Below are positions 31,974 to 47,771 of a DNA stretch of 64,000 nt, piece by piece (within the stretch, counting starts at the first letter, position 1; every line of letters begins with the position of its first letter). The notes under the pieces are model-generated. The model was not told the DNA's origin. It saw only the letters and a list, made by a program, of their open reading frames with translations, and did no database searches. Origin of the DNA: the human T2T-CHM13v2.0 reference genome, Homo sapiens; assembly GCF_009914755.1 (NCBI RefSeq), contig NC_060933.1; one strand, written 5' to 3'. The translations under genes were made by a program, and so were the position numbers.

Positions 31974-32144
31974 CACATGAACATTTTTAATGCAGTACTT
32001 TCTTTTCTTCAGTTCCCCAGATAGGCTTTGTTTTCGTTTGTTTGCTTATTTTGCTGACACTCAAAAATTATAAAGTAATAAAATCATAATCAAATACAAA
32101 CATACAGGTATATGTACATACCTAGCAGGAGTTTAAGCCACTGA

Positions 32145-32597
<453 letters not shown>

Positions 32598-33461
32598 TCA
32601 ACTGTTATCTTATCCCTAAATTGACATGCAGTCTTAAATAATAAAATGCTAGAGGCAACCACAGACAGATAGATATCTATCCCTATTTTTCCTGAAATGT
32701 CTGAGACCTAGTGCCCTTGTAAGGCTAGATTCTTTTGGACTTCTTTCCAATGTTGGCAAGTGAAGACTTTGAACAAATTTGATTTCTTTAGGTTTTTATC
32801 TCAATTAACATAGAACAATTTACTCTAGCTAAAATCACAATTAAGATAGGTTTTGGCTGGAGGTCTAAACCAGACTTTCTCAACTTCTCATTAAAATATC
32901 TAGAAAGAGACAAATGCTAATGACAACAATGAATATCACATCTGAGAGACAACTTTTTTCCCAAATTAGGGAAGAATGTTCCTAAATTATAAGATTCATA
33001 AAGCTAAAATGAGAATTATAAACAAGGGCTCATGCTGACATATGATTTGCTGCTTTAAAAAGGAAGAATACCATCTTGAAAACCTGTAAGTAGAGATTTC
33101 ACTACTTCCTCCATTGCTTACCCCTTTCTCAGAGACCCTGGGTTTAAACCAATCAGAAAACTAAGTAGCCTTCCATACATTGTGTGGCTATTGCTTTCTA
33201 AAGAATCCAAAAATTAATTTCTTCCCCTTCCCTTCCTCTTCATCTTTCTCATGCAACTTACATTCAAAGTTAAACAATTACAGACATCAAAAAGGGTGGA
33301 ATTTAGAGTCAGTTATGCAGGACATTTGGGGAGGTGTAGTCCCAACAAGGAAAATACCACAGGACAAAAGAGAAATAGAAAGAGTGCTGCAAATCCTGCA
33401 TGCAGAATATTGTCCCTCTTTATGTTTATCCATTTAGTTCTTGATACCAAATGGAAAAAGA

Positions 33462-33764
33462 GGCCAGGCGTGGTGGCTCACTCCTGTAATCCCAGCATTT
33501 TGGGAGGCTGAGACGGGCAGATCACGAGGTCAGGAGATCGAGACCATCCTGGCTAACACGGTGAAACCCCGTCTCTACTAAAAATACAAAAAAATTAGCC
33601 GGGTGTGGTGGCGGGCACCTGTAGTCCCAGCTACTCAGGAGGCTGAGGCAGGAGAATGGCGTGAACCTGGGAGGCAGAGCTTGCAGTGAACCGAGATCGC
33701 ACCACTGCACTCCAGCCTGAACGACAGAGCGAGACTCCATCTCAAAAAAAAAAAAAAAAAAAAA
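33462..33764 (+). mobile_element. AluY
   Basis: gagatcgagaccatcctggctaacacgg; ggcgtgaacc; pure A tail; ggaaaaaga TSD core. Confidence 0.97.
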
Positions 33765-34126
33765 GGAAAAAGAAAGAGTTGGTGGAAGCAGGAACACATA
33801 CCTCGATCCAGCAGAGCCCCAGGAAATGAATACTGTAAAAACATGGGAAGTTAGTCTAGTATGTACACATCTTAGCCAGTCCTCTAGCTAATTATCAGAA
33901 GGGATCTCAACTGATCCTAAGTTTTTAAATAAACAATCTGTTGATAGAGCTTTCTGCTGGAAACTAAGGCTATGAAATGAATTTATGTGTATTATATTAA
34001 ATATTAAATTGGGGTACAATTATGGGGAGATACTAAGTTGGCATTTGGTGATGTCATGACCAAGATGACCAATGATGTTCTGATTCTGTTCTCAACCATT
34101 CAAGTTCTCTGTGAATTCACTGATGA

Positions 34127-34866
34127 CAGAGTTTCTCCAACCCCATTACTGGGTATATACCCAGAGGAATATCAATCATTCTATCATGAAGACACATGCA
34201 CATGCATGTTCATTACAGCACTATTCACAATAGCAAAGTCATGGAATCAACCTACCCATCAATGGTAAACTGGCTAAAGAAAATGCGGTACATATACACC
34301 ATGGAATACTACACTGCCATAAAAAACAGGATCATGTCCTTTGCAGCAACGTAGATGGAGCTGGAAGCCATTAACCTAAGCAAACTAACACATGAACAGA
34401 AAACCAGATGTCACATGTTCTCACTTACAAGTGGAAGTTAAACATTGAGTACACCTGGAAACAAGGGAGCAACAGACACTGGGGCTTACCTGAGGAAGGA
34501 GGGTGGGAGGAGGGTGAGGATCAAAATACTACCTATCGGGTATTATTCTTATTACCTGGGTGACAAAATAATTTGTACACCAAACCCCTGTGACATGGAA
34601 TTTACCTATATAGCAAACCTGCACATGTACCCCTGAACCTGAAATAAAGGTTTAAGAAAAAGTGTTACTGTTGACATTTGGACTGAATAACTCTCTGCTG
34701 TGAGGACTGCCCTGTGCATTGCAGTATTTTGAGCAGTGTCCCTGGCTTCTACCTGCTAGATGCCAGTAGCATCCTTCCAGTGGTAAAAACCAAAAGTGTC
34801 TTCGAACGTTACCAAATATTCCCTTGGGTTCGGGGAGACAAAATCACCCCTGGTTGAAAACAACTA
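34127..34866 (-). mobile_element. MER20 (hAT-Charlie); terminus at 34127-34140 separated from the body (34665-34866) by the L1
   Basis: ctagatgccagtagca...caaaatcacccctggttgaaaacaact; cagagtttctc TIR remnant upstream of the L1. Confidence 0.85.
34138..34661 (+). mobile_element. L1PA15/16-like 3' end inserted into MER20
   Basis: ccattactgggtatatacccagagg...gcacatgtacccctgaacctgaaataaa. Confidence 0.92.
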
Positions 34867-35547
34867 TCTTAGGGAGATAAGTGTAGATAATAGGCGAAGC
34901 TGAATAAAGCAGCATTTCATTACAGTTTAGGGGTTTGGCCTCAAAATCCAAGGTAACTTGCCAAAGAATAGGATGCAGCACATGGGAGACTCCTTTTCCT
35001 ATATGAAATAGACCTTTAAGTAATACTTCCCCACCCCCAAACCCAAATCTGAGTCTCAGATAAAAGCATTGCTTCCAGAATCAGAGGAAAAGAATCAATC
35101 GCTTCTTTTTTTCCCAATGCCTGAATTGAACCTCTCCTGGGACAGTCTACAAGACTGAGTAATCTAGCAACTGGATACAGGGATATTTACAGTAGCTATG
35201 TCTGCAGTAGCAAAAGATTAGAAACAAAAGGAATGCCCATCTCACGGAAATGTTTGAACAAAGCATCACAAATCCATACCGTGGAATATTATACAGCCTT
35301 TAAAAAGGACACAGTGAACAACACTGGTTGACTTGGAGGGTATGCCAATGATACATCATCAAGAGAGAAAAGAAGTGTGAAGGCACAGAGAAGAGTACAT
35401 AATGTTACCCCATTTTTAAAAAATAAAAAGACATATATGTGATTATTTGAGCATAGAGAAACAAATAAAAGATTACACACTAGTTGGTTAATATAAATTA
35501 TAGTTAGGAAGAGTTTTGTGGAAAGCGAAAAAAAAAATTAAAACTAA

Positions 35548-35850
35548 GGCCAGGCGTGGTGGCTCACGCCTGTAATCCCAGCACTTTGGGAGGCCGAGGT
35601 GGGCGGATCATGAGGTCAGGAGATCGAGACCATCCTGGCTAACACAGTGAAACCCCATCTCTACTGAAAATACAAAAAAATTAGCCGGGCGTGGTGGCGG
35701 GCGCCTGTACTCCCAGTTACTCGGGAGGCTGAGGCAGGAGAATGGCGTGAACCCGAGAGGCGGAGCTTGCAGTGAGCCGATCGCGCCACTGCACTCCAGC
35801 CTGGGTGACAGAGCAAGACTCCATCTCAAAAAAATATATAAATAAATAAA
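35548..35850 (+). mobile_element. AluY
   Basis: Y diagnostics, CpG-rich. Confidence 0.96.
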
Positions 35851-36023
35851 ATTAAATTAAAATGCTGTTTGGAAAACATATCCATAATTAGACCAAATGG
35901 ATAAGAATGGCATTCATATGGAAGAAGAGAAAGTCAGAAATTCATAGAAAATGAAACATGTCCCTTAAACATATGAAAATATGCTCTACATCACTCTTAG
36001 TAAGAAAAAAGTGAGCAAAAATA

Positions 36024-36344
36024 CAGCCAGCCTTCCATATCCGTGGGTTCCACATGAGCAGATTCAACCAACCATGGATCAAAAACATTCAAGAAATAAA
36101 ACAATAAAAAATAACAATACAACAGTACAAATTTACAACAATATAGTATAACAACTATTCACATAGATTTTACATTGCATTCGGTATTATAATTAATCTA
36201 GAGATGATTTAAAGTATACAGGAGGATGTGCATAGGTTATTTGCAAATACTATGCCATTTTATATAAGATACTTGAGCAACTGAGGATTTTGGTATCCAC
36301 GGATGTCCTGGAGTCAATCCCCTGCACATACTGTGGGATGACTG
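36024..36344 (+). mobile_element. MER2B-like (TcMar-Tigger) within an L1ME remnant
   Basis: ccatatccgtgggttccac...gattcaaccaacc...gggatgactg. Confidence 0.88.
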
Positions 36345-36726
36345 TTCACTGAATTACAATTTCAGATTAGCAAAAATCTAAAAGTTTGACAATACCTTTG
36401 GTGACAAGATATTGAAAAATAAGCACTCTTATTCATTTGATCATGAGAGTACAAAATGCAAATACCATTTTTGGAGGAGACTTTGGCAATTTCTCACAAA
36501 ACAACATATTCATTCACTAGCAATCCCTTACCTGGGAATTCACCCTAAAGAGATATCTTCATGCTTTGCTCAAGGTTATTCAGTGCAACACTATTTGCCT
36601 GGAATCAATGCATACACCCATCAAGAGGGGACTGATTAACCTCTAGGATAGCCACACACCACACACCAGAGAACTATGCAGTCACAATGTTGAAAGATAC
36701 ACAAGAAACTATTAAAAATGGATACT

Positions 36727-37011
36727 GGCCGGACGCGGTGGCTCACGCCTGTAATCCCAGCACTTTGGGAGGCCAAGGCGGGCGGATCACGAGGTCAAGA
36801 GATCGAGACCACCCTGGCTAACCTGGTGAAACCCCGTCTCTACTAAAGAATACAAAAAATTAGCTGGGTGTGGTAGCGGGCGCCTGTGGTCCCAGCTACT
36901 CAGGAGGCTGAGGCAGGAGAATGGTGTGAACCTGGAAGGCGGAGCTTGCAGTGAGCAGAGATCGTGCCACTGCACCACTCCAGCATGGGCGACAGAGCAA
37001 GACTCTGTCTC

Positions 37012-37040
<29 letters not shown>
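36727..37040 (+). mobile_element. AluY
   Basis: ggctaac and ggcggagcttgcag diagnostics; ~28-nt A tail; ggatac TSD core. Confidence 0.95.
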
Positions 37041-37044
<4 letters not shown>

Positions 37045-37349
37045 ACCTATGGGAGTATGAGATCAAGAAGATAGGAATGAAAGTAAGATTTCTCCAAGTA
37101 TACCTTTTTATATAGCTTCAAATTTTGAACCATGTAAATGATTTAAACATGTTCAAAAATTAAATAAAAAAGAAAAAATTGTTTTGCTTGTACTCAAACA
37201 GAAACAGGTGAACCTGTCAAATTGGCTACATCATCACATAAAGAATTATTTCCAAAACTTTTAAGCATAGTACGCTGACTGCATATTCTTAGAGAAGTCT
37301 ATTGAAAGAACAAAAATATAGTAGGTTTGTTGTAGTAATAGTATATCTA

Positions 37350-37894
<545 letters not shown>

Positions 37895-38006
37895 TCAAGG
37901 AGTATACTTAACACCTAAATTTTGGTTTCTAAATATTATTCTATACTAAAAAGAGCTAGGGTTCCTTGGAATGACTAAAACGAGGTCTGGAATAGGGAAA
38001 ACGCAG

Positions 38007-38054
38007 GGGCATTCTCAAAGCAAGGGCATTCTCAAAGCAAAGGCATTCTCAAAG
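38007..38054. repeat. 17-bp tandem repeat x2.8 (gggcattctcaaagcaa)
   Basis: Seen directly. Confidence 0.95.
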
Positions 38055-39164
38055 GCCAGTGGGGCATGTCAGTCACGCACAGAGCTAGTTTGAAGGGGCT
38101 CACGTTTGCCATTTTGGGACAGTATGGGTGTCATAATACACAACAACAGTAACTGAACTAATATGTACAATAAAACCCATGTTTGGATAATGGTGTCAGA
38201 AAGAGAAGAAGGAAAAGAGAGTGAGAAGAGGAGAGAGAGACACAGACTCTTTTTTTTTTTAAGAGGAGTCGCAGCTAATAACTGTAAAAGGGGTGAGACA
38301 GAATTAGAAAATCACCATTTTCAACTCTTAGTGTAATAATGCTCATGTTAGCATCAATGAATGCTAAAATCCATTAGATGAAAGATTCTTGGAAAACAGG
38401 ATATTGGCATGGCACCAAATACCATCCCACACATTGTGTATTAATTGCAGTAGAAAACATGTACCTTTATAATGGAGATATCTAGCATTCACAACCTTAA
38501 CCAAGTAAAAAAACCAAAGTTGGCATCACTAGTGTTGTATTAATAACAACATGGTTGGTATACCTCCTGGTGGGATGTAATATGAAAATCACAGAATCAC
38601 CTTTGACATATCTCTGACAAAAAAAGTTTAATTATAAGGAAATAGACAACCCCAGAAGCAGACCATTCTGCAGGACAACTGCCTAGAACTGAAAAGTCAG
38701 TGTCCCTGGGAAACAATATTTAGAACAAGGGACTAAAGAGATCTAATAATCAATGTGATGATGAATCTTGATTGGATCCTAGTTTAAAAATATTTTGAGG
38801 GAAAATTTTGATACACTTGATTACAAACTGGATCATAGAGAATACTGTATTATGAAATTACTATGAATTTTCCTAGGTGTGACAATATTATTGTGGTAAC
38901 TTAGGAGAACATCTCCTTCTTAGGAGATGCATGCTGAAGTACTTAAAGGTGAAATGTCACATTATCTGAAACTTAGGTTCAAATGCTTGAGCAAAAAATA
39001 AACATAGATCTATAGCTAAAGCAAGCAGCAAAAGGTTAACAATGATTGAATCTAGATGGAAAGTATCTGTTACACTGTGTTACTCTCTGAAATTTTCTGT
39101 ATGATTGAACACTTTTGTCATAAAAAGTATCAGATACACAAAAAAGAAATCAAAATAGCAATTA

Positions 39165-39868
39165 CTAGTATACCCCACAACCCCACTGGTTTTAGTTACC
39201 TGAGGTCAATCATGGTTTGAAAATATTAAATGGAAAATTCCAGAAATAAACACATAATAAGTTTTAAATTGCACACTGTTTGGAGTAGCACGATGACATC
39301 TTGCACCATCCCACTCTGTCCCACCCAGGACATGAATCATCCCTTTATCACGAGTATCCACACTGTCTACACTACATGCTCGCTAGTGACTTATTAGTTG
39401 TCTCAGTTATCCATTCTACTGTCATGGTATCCAGTGCTTATGTTCAAGGAATCCTTACTTTACTAAATAATGGCCCCAAAGCACAAGCATAGTGACAATG
39501 GCAATTCTGATACACCAAAGAGAAGCTGTGAGGTGCTTCCCTTAAGCAAAAAGGTGAAAGTTTTCAAGTTAGTAAGGAAATAAAAACATTGTATATTGAG
39601 GTTGCTAAAATCTACCATAAGAACAAGATTTTATCAGTGAAATTGTGAAGAAAAAAGAAATTCATGCTAGTTTTGCTGTTGCACCTCAAACTGCAAAAGT
39701 CCACAGTGCATGATAAGTGCTTCGTGAAGATGGAAAAGGCATTAAATCTGTGGGTGGAAGACCTAAACATGTTTCTATTAACAGCGATTGGGTTCAGTAC
39801 TATCCATGGTTTCAGGCATCTGCTAAGGGTCTTGGAACATATCCCCTGCGAATAAGGGAGGACTACTC
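39165..39868 (+). mobile_element. MER44 (Tigger7 derivative) with a disrupted N-terminal transposase remnant
   Basis: atggccccaaagcacaag start; ORF 39664-39855 gives DKCFVKMEKALNLWVED (CENP-B/pogo-type HTH region); terminal ataagggaggactact. Confidence 0.88.
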
Positions 39869-40787
39869 TACTGATTTTTTGGAAAATAATATGAGAGGAA
39901 ACCAAAGCTGTGCTCAGAAGCAAATTAGTCTACTTTTATACTTGCCCTTTTTTAGAAAACATAAATGAAAATATGTTTCCTTTCTTAACATATACTTTAA
40001 CCAAAGTGTATTTGAAATAGACCTTTAGAAGAATTTATAACAAAATCTTCTCAATGATTATGAAGAAATTTAAATCTTCACTCTGCTTCTGTGATCCACC
40101 AGTGCATGACCTTCTCATGGTAGGACGAACAAAAACAGCACTAGGCTTCCATATGCCTACTGAAGGTTTCATGTTCTCTCTCTACTTAAGCTCATATAAA
40201 TGCTTTAGGATTTCTCTTTGTAAGGTGAGTACACTGGAGAATATTGGCACAATTCTCCACGAACAGGATAAAAATGAGGCTGAAACCATAATTAATAAAT
40301 TGATCTAGAAATCATTCAGAAATGATGGGAAGAGAAATTAAGAGTACAAGACAGAGAAACAGCTGTTGTATGTACTCTTGTTGCTGCTTATTGTAAAGAT
40401 TATGGATATTTAGAATAAAATTACTTTGAGAAACAAACCATACAGGACTTTCATCCAGATCATTTCTGTCTAATAACTGTCTCATACCATGTTTGGGAGA
40501 AATAAGTGATTCAAATGAGAAACAGAAATACAGTCATGTGCCACAACAATGTTTTGTTCAAAGATGGACCACATATATGGTGGTGGTCCCACAAGACTAC
40601 AATGCTAATTTTGACTGCACTTTTTCTATATTTAGATATGTTTAGATACATAAATACTTACCATTGTGTTACTACGGCCTACTGTATTCAGTACAGTAAC
40701 ATGCTGTACCAGTTTGTAGCCTAGGAGCAATAGGCTATACCATTTAGTCTAGGTGTATAGTAAGCTATATGATCTAGGTTGGTGTAA

Positions 40788-41471
<684 letters not shown>

Positions 41472-41863
41472 GAAAGTACACTCTATGATGTTAGCACAAC
41501 AGCAAAATCACCTAACAACACATTTCTCAGAACGTAACCCCATCATTAAGCAACACACGACTGTAAGTGAACAGAACATACAACGTAAGAAGTTTTTCTA
41601 ATGAGAAAAATTATGATAAAAATAACAGCAACAATTAATGGAGTCATTTGTTCAATCACCTCACAAATGAAGATAAAGTGGTCAATAGGCATGTTTTCTG
41701 AACTAAAAGAGAATGTAATCTAACCAATCAAATATAGAAGGCAGAGTTAGCATTAGACTGTGAATATTTGGGAATCAGATAAGGGCTTAACTAACTTCTA
41801 CATGTCGTTGACCTGCAGGAATGTTCAAGGTGAACTAATATTTTCTTTAAAAAATAATAATGA

Positions 41864-42188
<325 letters not shown>

Positions 42189-42354
42189 CTACAAGGCTGT
42201 TTATTGCAGCAGTATTTATAATAATTTATATATATAATATGTATGTGTTTCTCATATATATATATGAAATAACTTAAATGTTGGAATCATCCATATAATG
42301 GAATAACATGCATCCACTGGAAAAGTGTACTGTAGCTTTGTTGCCTAAAAAAGG

Positions 42355-42410
42355 CCAAGGTTGCAGTGAGCCAAGATCACGCCATTGCACTTCCGTCAAA
42401 AAAAAAAAAA
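42355..42410 (+). mobile_element. Very short Alu 3' fragment with internal deletion
   Basis: aggttgcagtgagccaagatcacgccattgcact-tccgtc-(A)14. Confidence 0.85.
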
Positions 42411-42439
42411 GCAGTTCACAAAATAGTACGTACTTATAT

Positions 42440-42655
42440 ATAATGCTTTGCAATTTGCAAACTACATCCTGCCATGTGATACTTCCAACAACTCTGTGAA
42501 GTATTCTACTATCATCGTTCTGTGGATGATAAAACTGGAGTCAGGAATCAAGTGATTCATCTGAATTCACATAGCCGGTAAATGTGAGATCCAAGGCTTG
42601 TACTTAGAGCTTCTAATCTTAAATCACCTGACCTTTTCACTTTATCACATTGCCT
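42440..42655 (-). mobile_element. MIR
   Basis: caacaactctgtgaag...gatgataaaactggag...cacatagccggtaaatg. Confidence 0.65.
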
Positions 42656-43367
42656 AAGGGGGAAAGCAAGAGTACATAATACTGTACTCACAGGGAACGA
42701 TGTTTCCATAAGTAGGTGGATAAAATGTCTTTTGAATTACAATTGTAGTAGTATACATCCCCAAATTATCATTTATCCCCATGTTCAAATTTCAACATAA
42801 TTATAACGTACACATTTTACTGCATATTTACTAGGCACATTCCAAATCTCTCTAACATGTTACAGAAGAAGTACTCGGTAGGGTATGTCTGGTGACTCAC
42901 ATCACAATGAATCAAAATTCACTCAAAATGCCATTTTTAGAGTAAGGATATTATTTCTTGTGAAATGATATCTTTAATTATATCTATCGATGACTAATCT
43001 AAAAGCCCTACCTTGAAACTGTTTCTACATTAAGTTAGAATTGCACTTTCTCCTTCTGTCAATTCAATTTTATTTTCAACGAAAAGTCAAGCAGGAACAC
43101 TTGCTGCTAAATGTCCCATTAGCATTCTCTGACCTTCTCCACAGTTGTGCTGCAGCTGTGAACCTGCTGTGGCCATTGAGATGCAAAAAGGAAATGGAAA
43201 AATCCACTTAATGTTCTGGAGTGGTCCAAAATGCCAAGGAGCAGTCAGAGCATAGAGGGAAAGGATGGAAAAAAAAAAAAGACACTGCTGGACTATTAGA
43301 AATAAGAAAAGCAAGGTACTGAAGATCTGGAGCCACAAAAACATCTTTATCTAAAAAACAAGGACAT

Positions 43368-43454
43368 TTCTGGGTAATTCTGTGACATACATATATATAT
43401 GTATATATATTCATATATATATACATATATATATAAATTCTGGGTAATTCTGTG

Positions 43455-43495
<41 letters not shown>
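43368..43495. repeat. Duplicated 22-mer, each copy followed by a microsatellite: (TA)n then (CA)n
   Basis: ttctgggtaattctgtgacata at 43368-43389 and 43438-43459. Confidence 0.95.
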
Positions 43496-43497
<2 letters not shown>

Positions 43498-43819
43498 TCA
43501 CCCCTCCCTAAAATAGACGACAATTTTTTTTAAAAAAAAAAAGCACAATTATTCAACAAAAATAATCCATGTAAAATCCAGGGGAATGTTTCAACCTTAA
43601 CAACTATTAAACCCACATTTCACTGTTCCTGAAATAATTGCGCAGTGTGATGGCATAAAATGGAAGAAATTTGGAGGGAAACATTATATCCCTTAATTTG
43701 GAGGGACAGAGATTTAGAGATGGGAGCTAAGGGAAAAAATGAGAAACATCCACTTGGAGCCATTCTCCTCCTCCTGTTATTTTCCCTCTGTCTAGAAACA
43801 ATATCCTGGGCCCTGAGTG

Positions 43820-44188
43820 TGAATATGATTTGGCTGTGTTCCCACCCAAACCTCATCTTGAATTGTAGCTCCCACGATTCCCATGTATCCTGGGAGGGAC
43901 CCAGTGGAAGGTAATTGAATCATGGGGGCGGGTCTTTCCTGTGCTGTCTTTCCTGTGCTGTTCTTGTGATAGTGAATAAGTCTCACAAGATCTGATGGTT
44001 TTATATAGGGGAGTTTCCCTGCACAAACTCTCTTGTCTGCCACCATGTGAGACGTGCCTTTCACCTTCCACCATGATTGTGAGGCCTCCTCAGCCACATG
44101 GAACTGTGAGTCCTTTAAACCTCTTTTTCTTATAAATTACACAGTCTTGGGCATGTCTTTATCGGCAGTGTGAAAACAGACTAATAAA
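43820..44188 (+). mobile_element. THE1B-like solo LTR
   Basis: tatgatttggctgtgttcccacccaaa...cagtgtgaaaacagactaata; internal 14-bp duplication tctttcctgtgctg. Confidence 0.93.
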
Positions 44189-44269
44189 GTAGCCATATCC
44201 TATCATTGTTTTTTCCTTTTACAAACAGGTGTTGGGAACTAAGAAGGTGGTGGACAAGAGAATTTAGCT

Positions 44270-44631
44270 GACCCACTTCCTTCCCCAACCCATTTCTTTC
44301 TTGCTTGCCTCTCTGCCATGAAGTCTGTAAAAGATTCAATTTCCCTGCCTCCTGTCAGCTGTCATGGCCATGAGGCATATTCCCAGACAAAGAAACATAA
44401 GCAGAATCTCTTGATGCTGCCTCTTTTCCTTAGCCTTCCTCTCACTATTACATGCACAGCCTGGAGGTACAGCAGACATCACTGAAAATGGTAAGGCAGG
44501 AAGGCAGAAAGGCCCTGGATTTGATGGTATCATCGAGTCACTCCACTGGTCCTGGACTGACCACCCCTGGACTTACTTAAGCTACGGTAGAGCCATTTTT
44601 AATTACTTGAAATTGAACACAATTCTAATAC
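44270..44631 (+). mobile_element. Old MaLR/ERVL LTR (MLT1J-like)
   Basis: tttccctgcctcc...ggccatg...ggaaggcagaaaggccctggatttgatgg...aattctaataca. Confidence 0.55.
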
Positions 44632-45135
44632 AATAAAATATCTCCTAGGATTCAAACCATTGTTCACTTGAACACCAACATTAGAAGAACAATGACAAAA
44701 AAGAGGCAGGAAGAGCTGGTAGGGGACTCTTGCAATAAAGAGTTAGATACGCTCAGATATGAGATAAGGCAGTAACAATGGGGATGAAATAAAGGAGTCA
44801 GACTTAAGATATTTGGCAAAACTGGGCCTAACTTTCATCTATTCCTCCCAAACCCCATAGAAATTAAAAAAAGGAACACGGGAGAAAACCTGAATCCATG
44901 CTAAAAATTGAGAAAGGATTCTTTTGTATGGGTTCTGAATGATTCTGATGAAACCAGATGGAAAGATAATGCCTAGAGACAACACTGATGAGCCTCTAAT
45001 GAAAAAAAAGTAAGTGGACAACATCCTGGCATACCCCTGGTAACCTTCACAAATGTAAAGGAGCAAGGACTGGGATGGGGCAGCAGGGAATAAAAGAGAA
45101 GCACTCCTTAGAATTATACCAGTATCTCTGGGTAG

Positions 45136-45498
45136 TGCTACAGACTGAATGTTTATGTGTCCCCAAAATTCAAATGTTGAACCTAATTCACAACATGATG
45201 GGATTCGGAGGTAGGGCCTTTGGGTAGCGACTGGGTTCTGAGGGTGGAGCCCTCATGAATGGGAGCAGTGCCCTTGTAAAAAAAGGCCCCAGAGAGATCC
45301 CACGCCCCTTCCATTATGTGATGACACAGCAAGAAGGTGCTGTCTATGAGCCAGGAAGTAGGTCCTCATCAGACACTGAATCCACAGAACCTTGATCTTG
45401 GACTTCACAGCCTCCAAAACTGTGAAAAATGAATTTCTGCTTTTTAGAAGCCACTCAGTCTATGGTACTTTGTTATAGCCTCCCAAACTGATGGAGAT
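45136..45498 (+). mobile_element. MLT1A0-like solo LTR
   Basis: tgctacagactgaatgtttatgtgtccccaaaattc...ccttgatcttggacttc...tgttatagc. Confidence 0.92.
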
Positions 45499-46354
45499 AG
45501 CAACAATCAAAAGCAACTATTTCAGGAGATTTCAAGTATTGTGGTGTTGTTCTGCCAAGAAGGAAGCAGGCAGTGTGGTAAGACTTCTGTGAAACAACAG
45601 CACTTCTCCCCAGTGAGGCAAGGCTTTCAAGGCAGTGGGCAGCAGAACAAGACTGGAGGACAGACAGAGCCATGCCGCATGGATTGCTGGGCACAAATAA
45701 TTAGCACCAAGTACAACAGCTTCAGGGAAAGAGGAAGATAAATAAACACCAAGTTCTTGCCCATGTAACAGCCTAGGATTATGGTCCTTCACTCACTTCA
45801 ATGTGCTGGAAATATACATATACAACAATTAGTCCTCCAGCTTAAAACCTGAAAAGAAAAATTTAATAGTGATTAGGTGTATAGGGAGTAGATCCAAGGA
45901 TAATTCAGCCACCTTGTTTGTGGATGAACAGGTAAACACTAAGGACAAATAGATCTCTCTTTATTCAAGAAGATATAAGTAGAAGGAAAAAAACAGCTTA
46001 TGAAAATATTCTATGGAAGAAGCATATGCATTTGAAAAATATTTGTTATAGGAAGAAAAACTTCAGGTGAATTTCTTTTGCTTTCCACAAATTTGAGAAA
46101 ATATGGACTCATTAAAACTATAGATTCAAAGGCAGAGGCTACAAAATAGGCAGAAATTTAAAAATAAATCTGAATTTGATACAGAAGGAATGTTGGGAAA
46201 TAAATAGTGCAAGAGAAGGCAAAATTTCATTGGAAGTAGTCAAGACCAAATATATAATGTAGAAAAAAAAATCAGTAATATGGAGGACAAACTTTGGAAG
46301 GTTTCTCAGACTACAGAGAAAAAGATCAAGAAGATGAAATGTCAAGAAAGGTAA

Positions 46355-46716
46355 TGATATGGTTTGGTTTTGTGTCCCCACCCAAATCTCATCTTGAATT
46401 GTAATCCCATAATCCCCACCTGTCGCAGGAGGGACCCAGTGGGAGGTAACTGAATCATGGAGGTGGTTCCTCTCATATTATTCTTGTGATAGTAAGTTCT
46501 CACGAGATCTGATGGTTTTACACCCCCTTCACTCGGTTCTCATTTTTCTTTCTCCTGGGGCCATGTGAATGATGTGTTGCTTCCCCTTCTGCCATGATTG
46601 TAAGTTTCCTGAGGCCTCCCAAGCCATGCAGAACTGTAAGTCAATTAAACCTCTTTTCTTCATAAATTACCCAGTCTCAGGTATTTCTTCATAGCAGCAT
46701 GGGAACAAACTAAACA
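46355..46716 (+). mobile_element. THE1D-like solo LTR
   Basis: TGATATGGTTTGG start, CA end; 5-bp TSD ggtaa/ggtga; lies in an old L1/HAL1 ORF1-like remnant. Confidence 0.93.
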
Positions 46717-46959
46717 GGTGATAAATATAGATTACTGGTTTTAAGAAGTTCAACATTTGGAGAAAAGGACAAATAGAACAAAAGCAGTATTCAGAGAAAT
46801 AATAGAAAAAAACAACTTTTATGATTCTGATTTTACCAATTCAGGCAAATCTGCTGAGAAAATATCTCATTTTAGCCATACTCTGCAGATGTTTTAAAAT
46901 TTCATCAGGGGAAGAATTCTACAACTATTCAAAGGGGGAAAGGTAGATTTATTACTACT

Positions 46960-47328
46960 TGCTATGGTTTAAATGTTTATGTGCCCCCAAAATTCATATA
47001 CTGAAATTCTAACTCCCAGGGTCATGGTATTAGGAAACCAGGCCTTTGGGAGGTGATTAGGTCATGAGGGCAGAGTCTTCATGGTTGGGATTAGTGCCTT
47101 TATAAGACAGACCCCAGAAAACCAGCTCATCCCTTCTACCACATGAAGACAGAGCAAGAAAGCACCATCTATGAATCATGAAATGAGCCCTCACTAGACA
47201 TCTCCTAATCTGCCGGCACCTTGATCTCAGGCTTCCCAGCCATTAGAACTGTGAGAAATAAATTTCTGTTGTTTATAAGTCATCTGGTCTGTGGTATTTT
47301 ATTATAGCAGCCCAAATGGACTAAGACA
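46960..47328 (+). mobile_element. MLT1A0-like solo LTR
   Basis: tgctatggtttaaatg...ggactaagaca; perfect 5-bp TSD ctact. Confidence 0.94.
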
Positions 47329-47352
47329 CTACTGGTCAAAATCCTTCAGCAT

Positions 47353-47475
47353 GCCAGGCCTGGTAGCACATACTTGTAGTCCCAGCTATTCAGGAGGCTG
47401 GAGTGGAAGCAATTGCTTGAGCCTGGAATTTCAAGGCCAGCCTGGGCAACACAGCAAGACCCTATCTCTAAAAGA
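47353..47475 (+). mobile_element. FLAM_A
   Basis: Single Alu arm; TSD aaaatccttcagc (47338-50) / aaaacccttcagc (47802-14). Confidence 0.88.
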
Positions 47476-47476
47476 A

Positions 47477-47771
47477 TTTTTTTTTTTTTGGTACACCTTC
47501 TCACTCTGCCACCTAGGCTGGAGTGCAGTGGTGTGGTCATAGCTCACTGCAGTCTTGACCTCCCTGGGCTAAGGTGATCCTCATACCTCAATTTCTTGAG
47601 TAACTGGGACTACATGCACACACCACCACACCCAAGTAATTTTTGTATTTTTTGTAGAGACGGGTTTTGCTATGTTGCCCAGGCTGGTCTCAAACCCCTG
47701 AACTCAAGTGATCTGCCTGCCTCAGCCTCCCAAAGTGTGAGGATTACAGGCATGAGCCACTGAACCCAGCC
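47477..47771 (-). mobile_element. AluJ inserted in the FLAM tail
   Basis: Antisense dimer; TSD-like taaaagaattttttt / taaaatgattttttt. Confidence 0.93.

Noticed and set aside
39470-39855. Domesticated TIGD-like transposase
   Set aside because: Only an N-terminal remnant with stops and frameshifts inside MER44.
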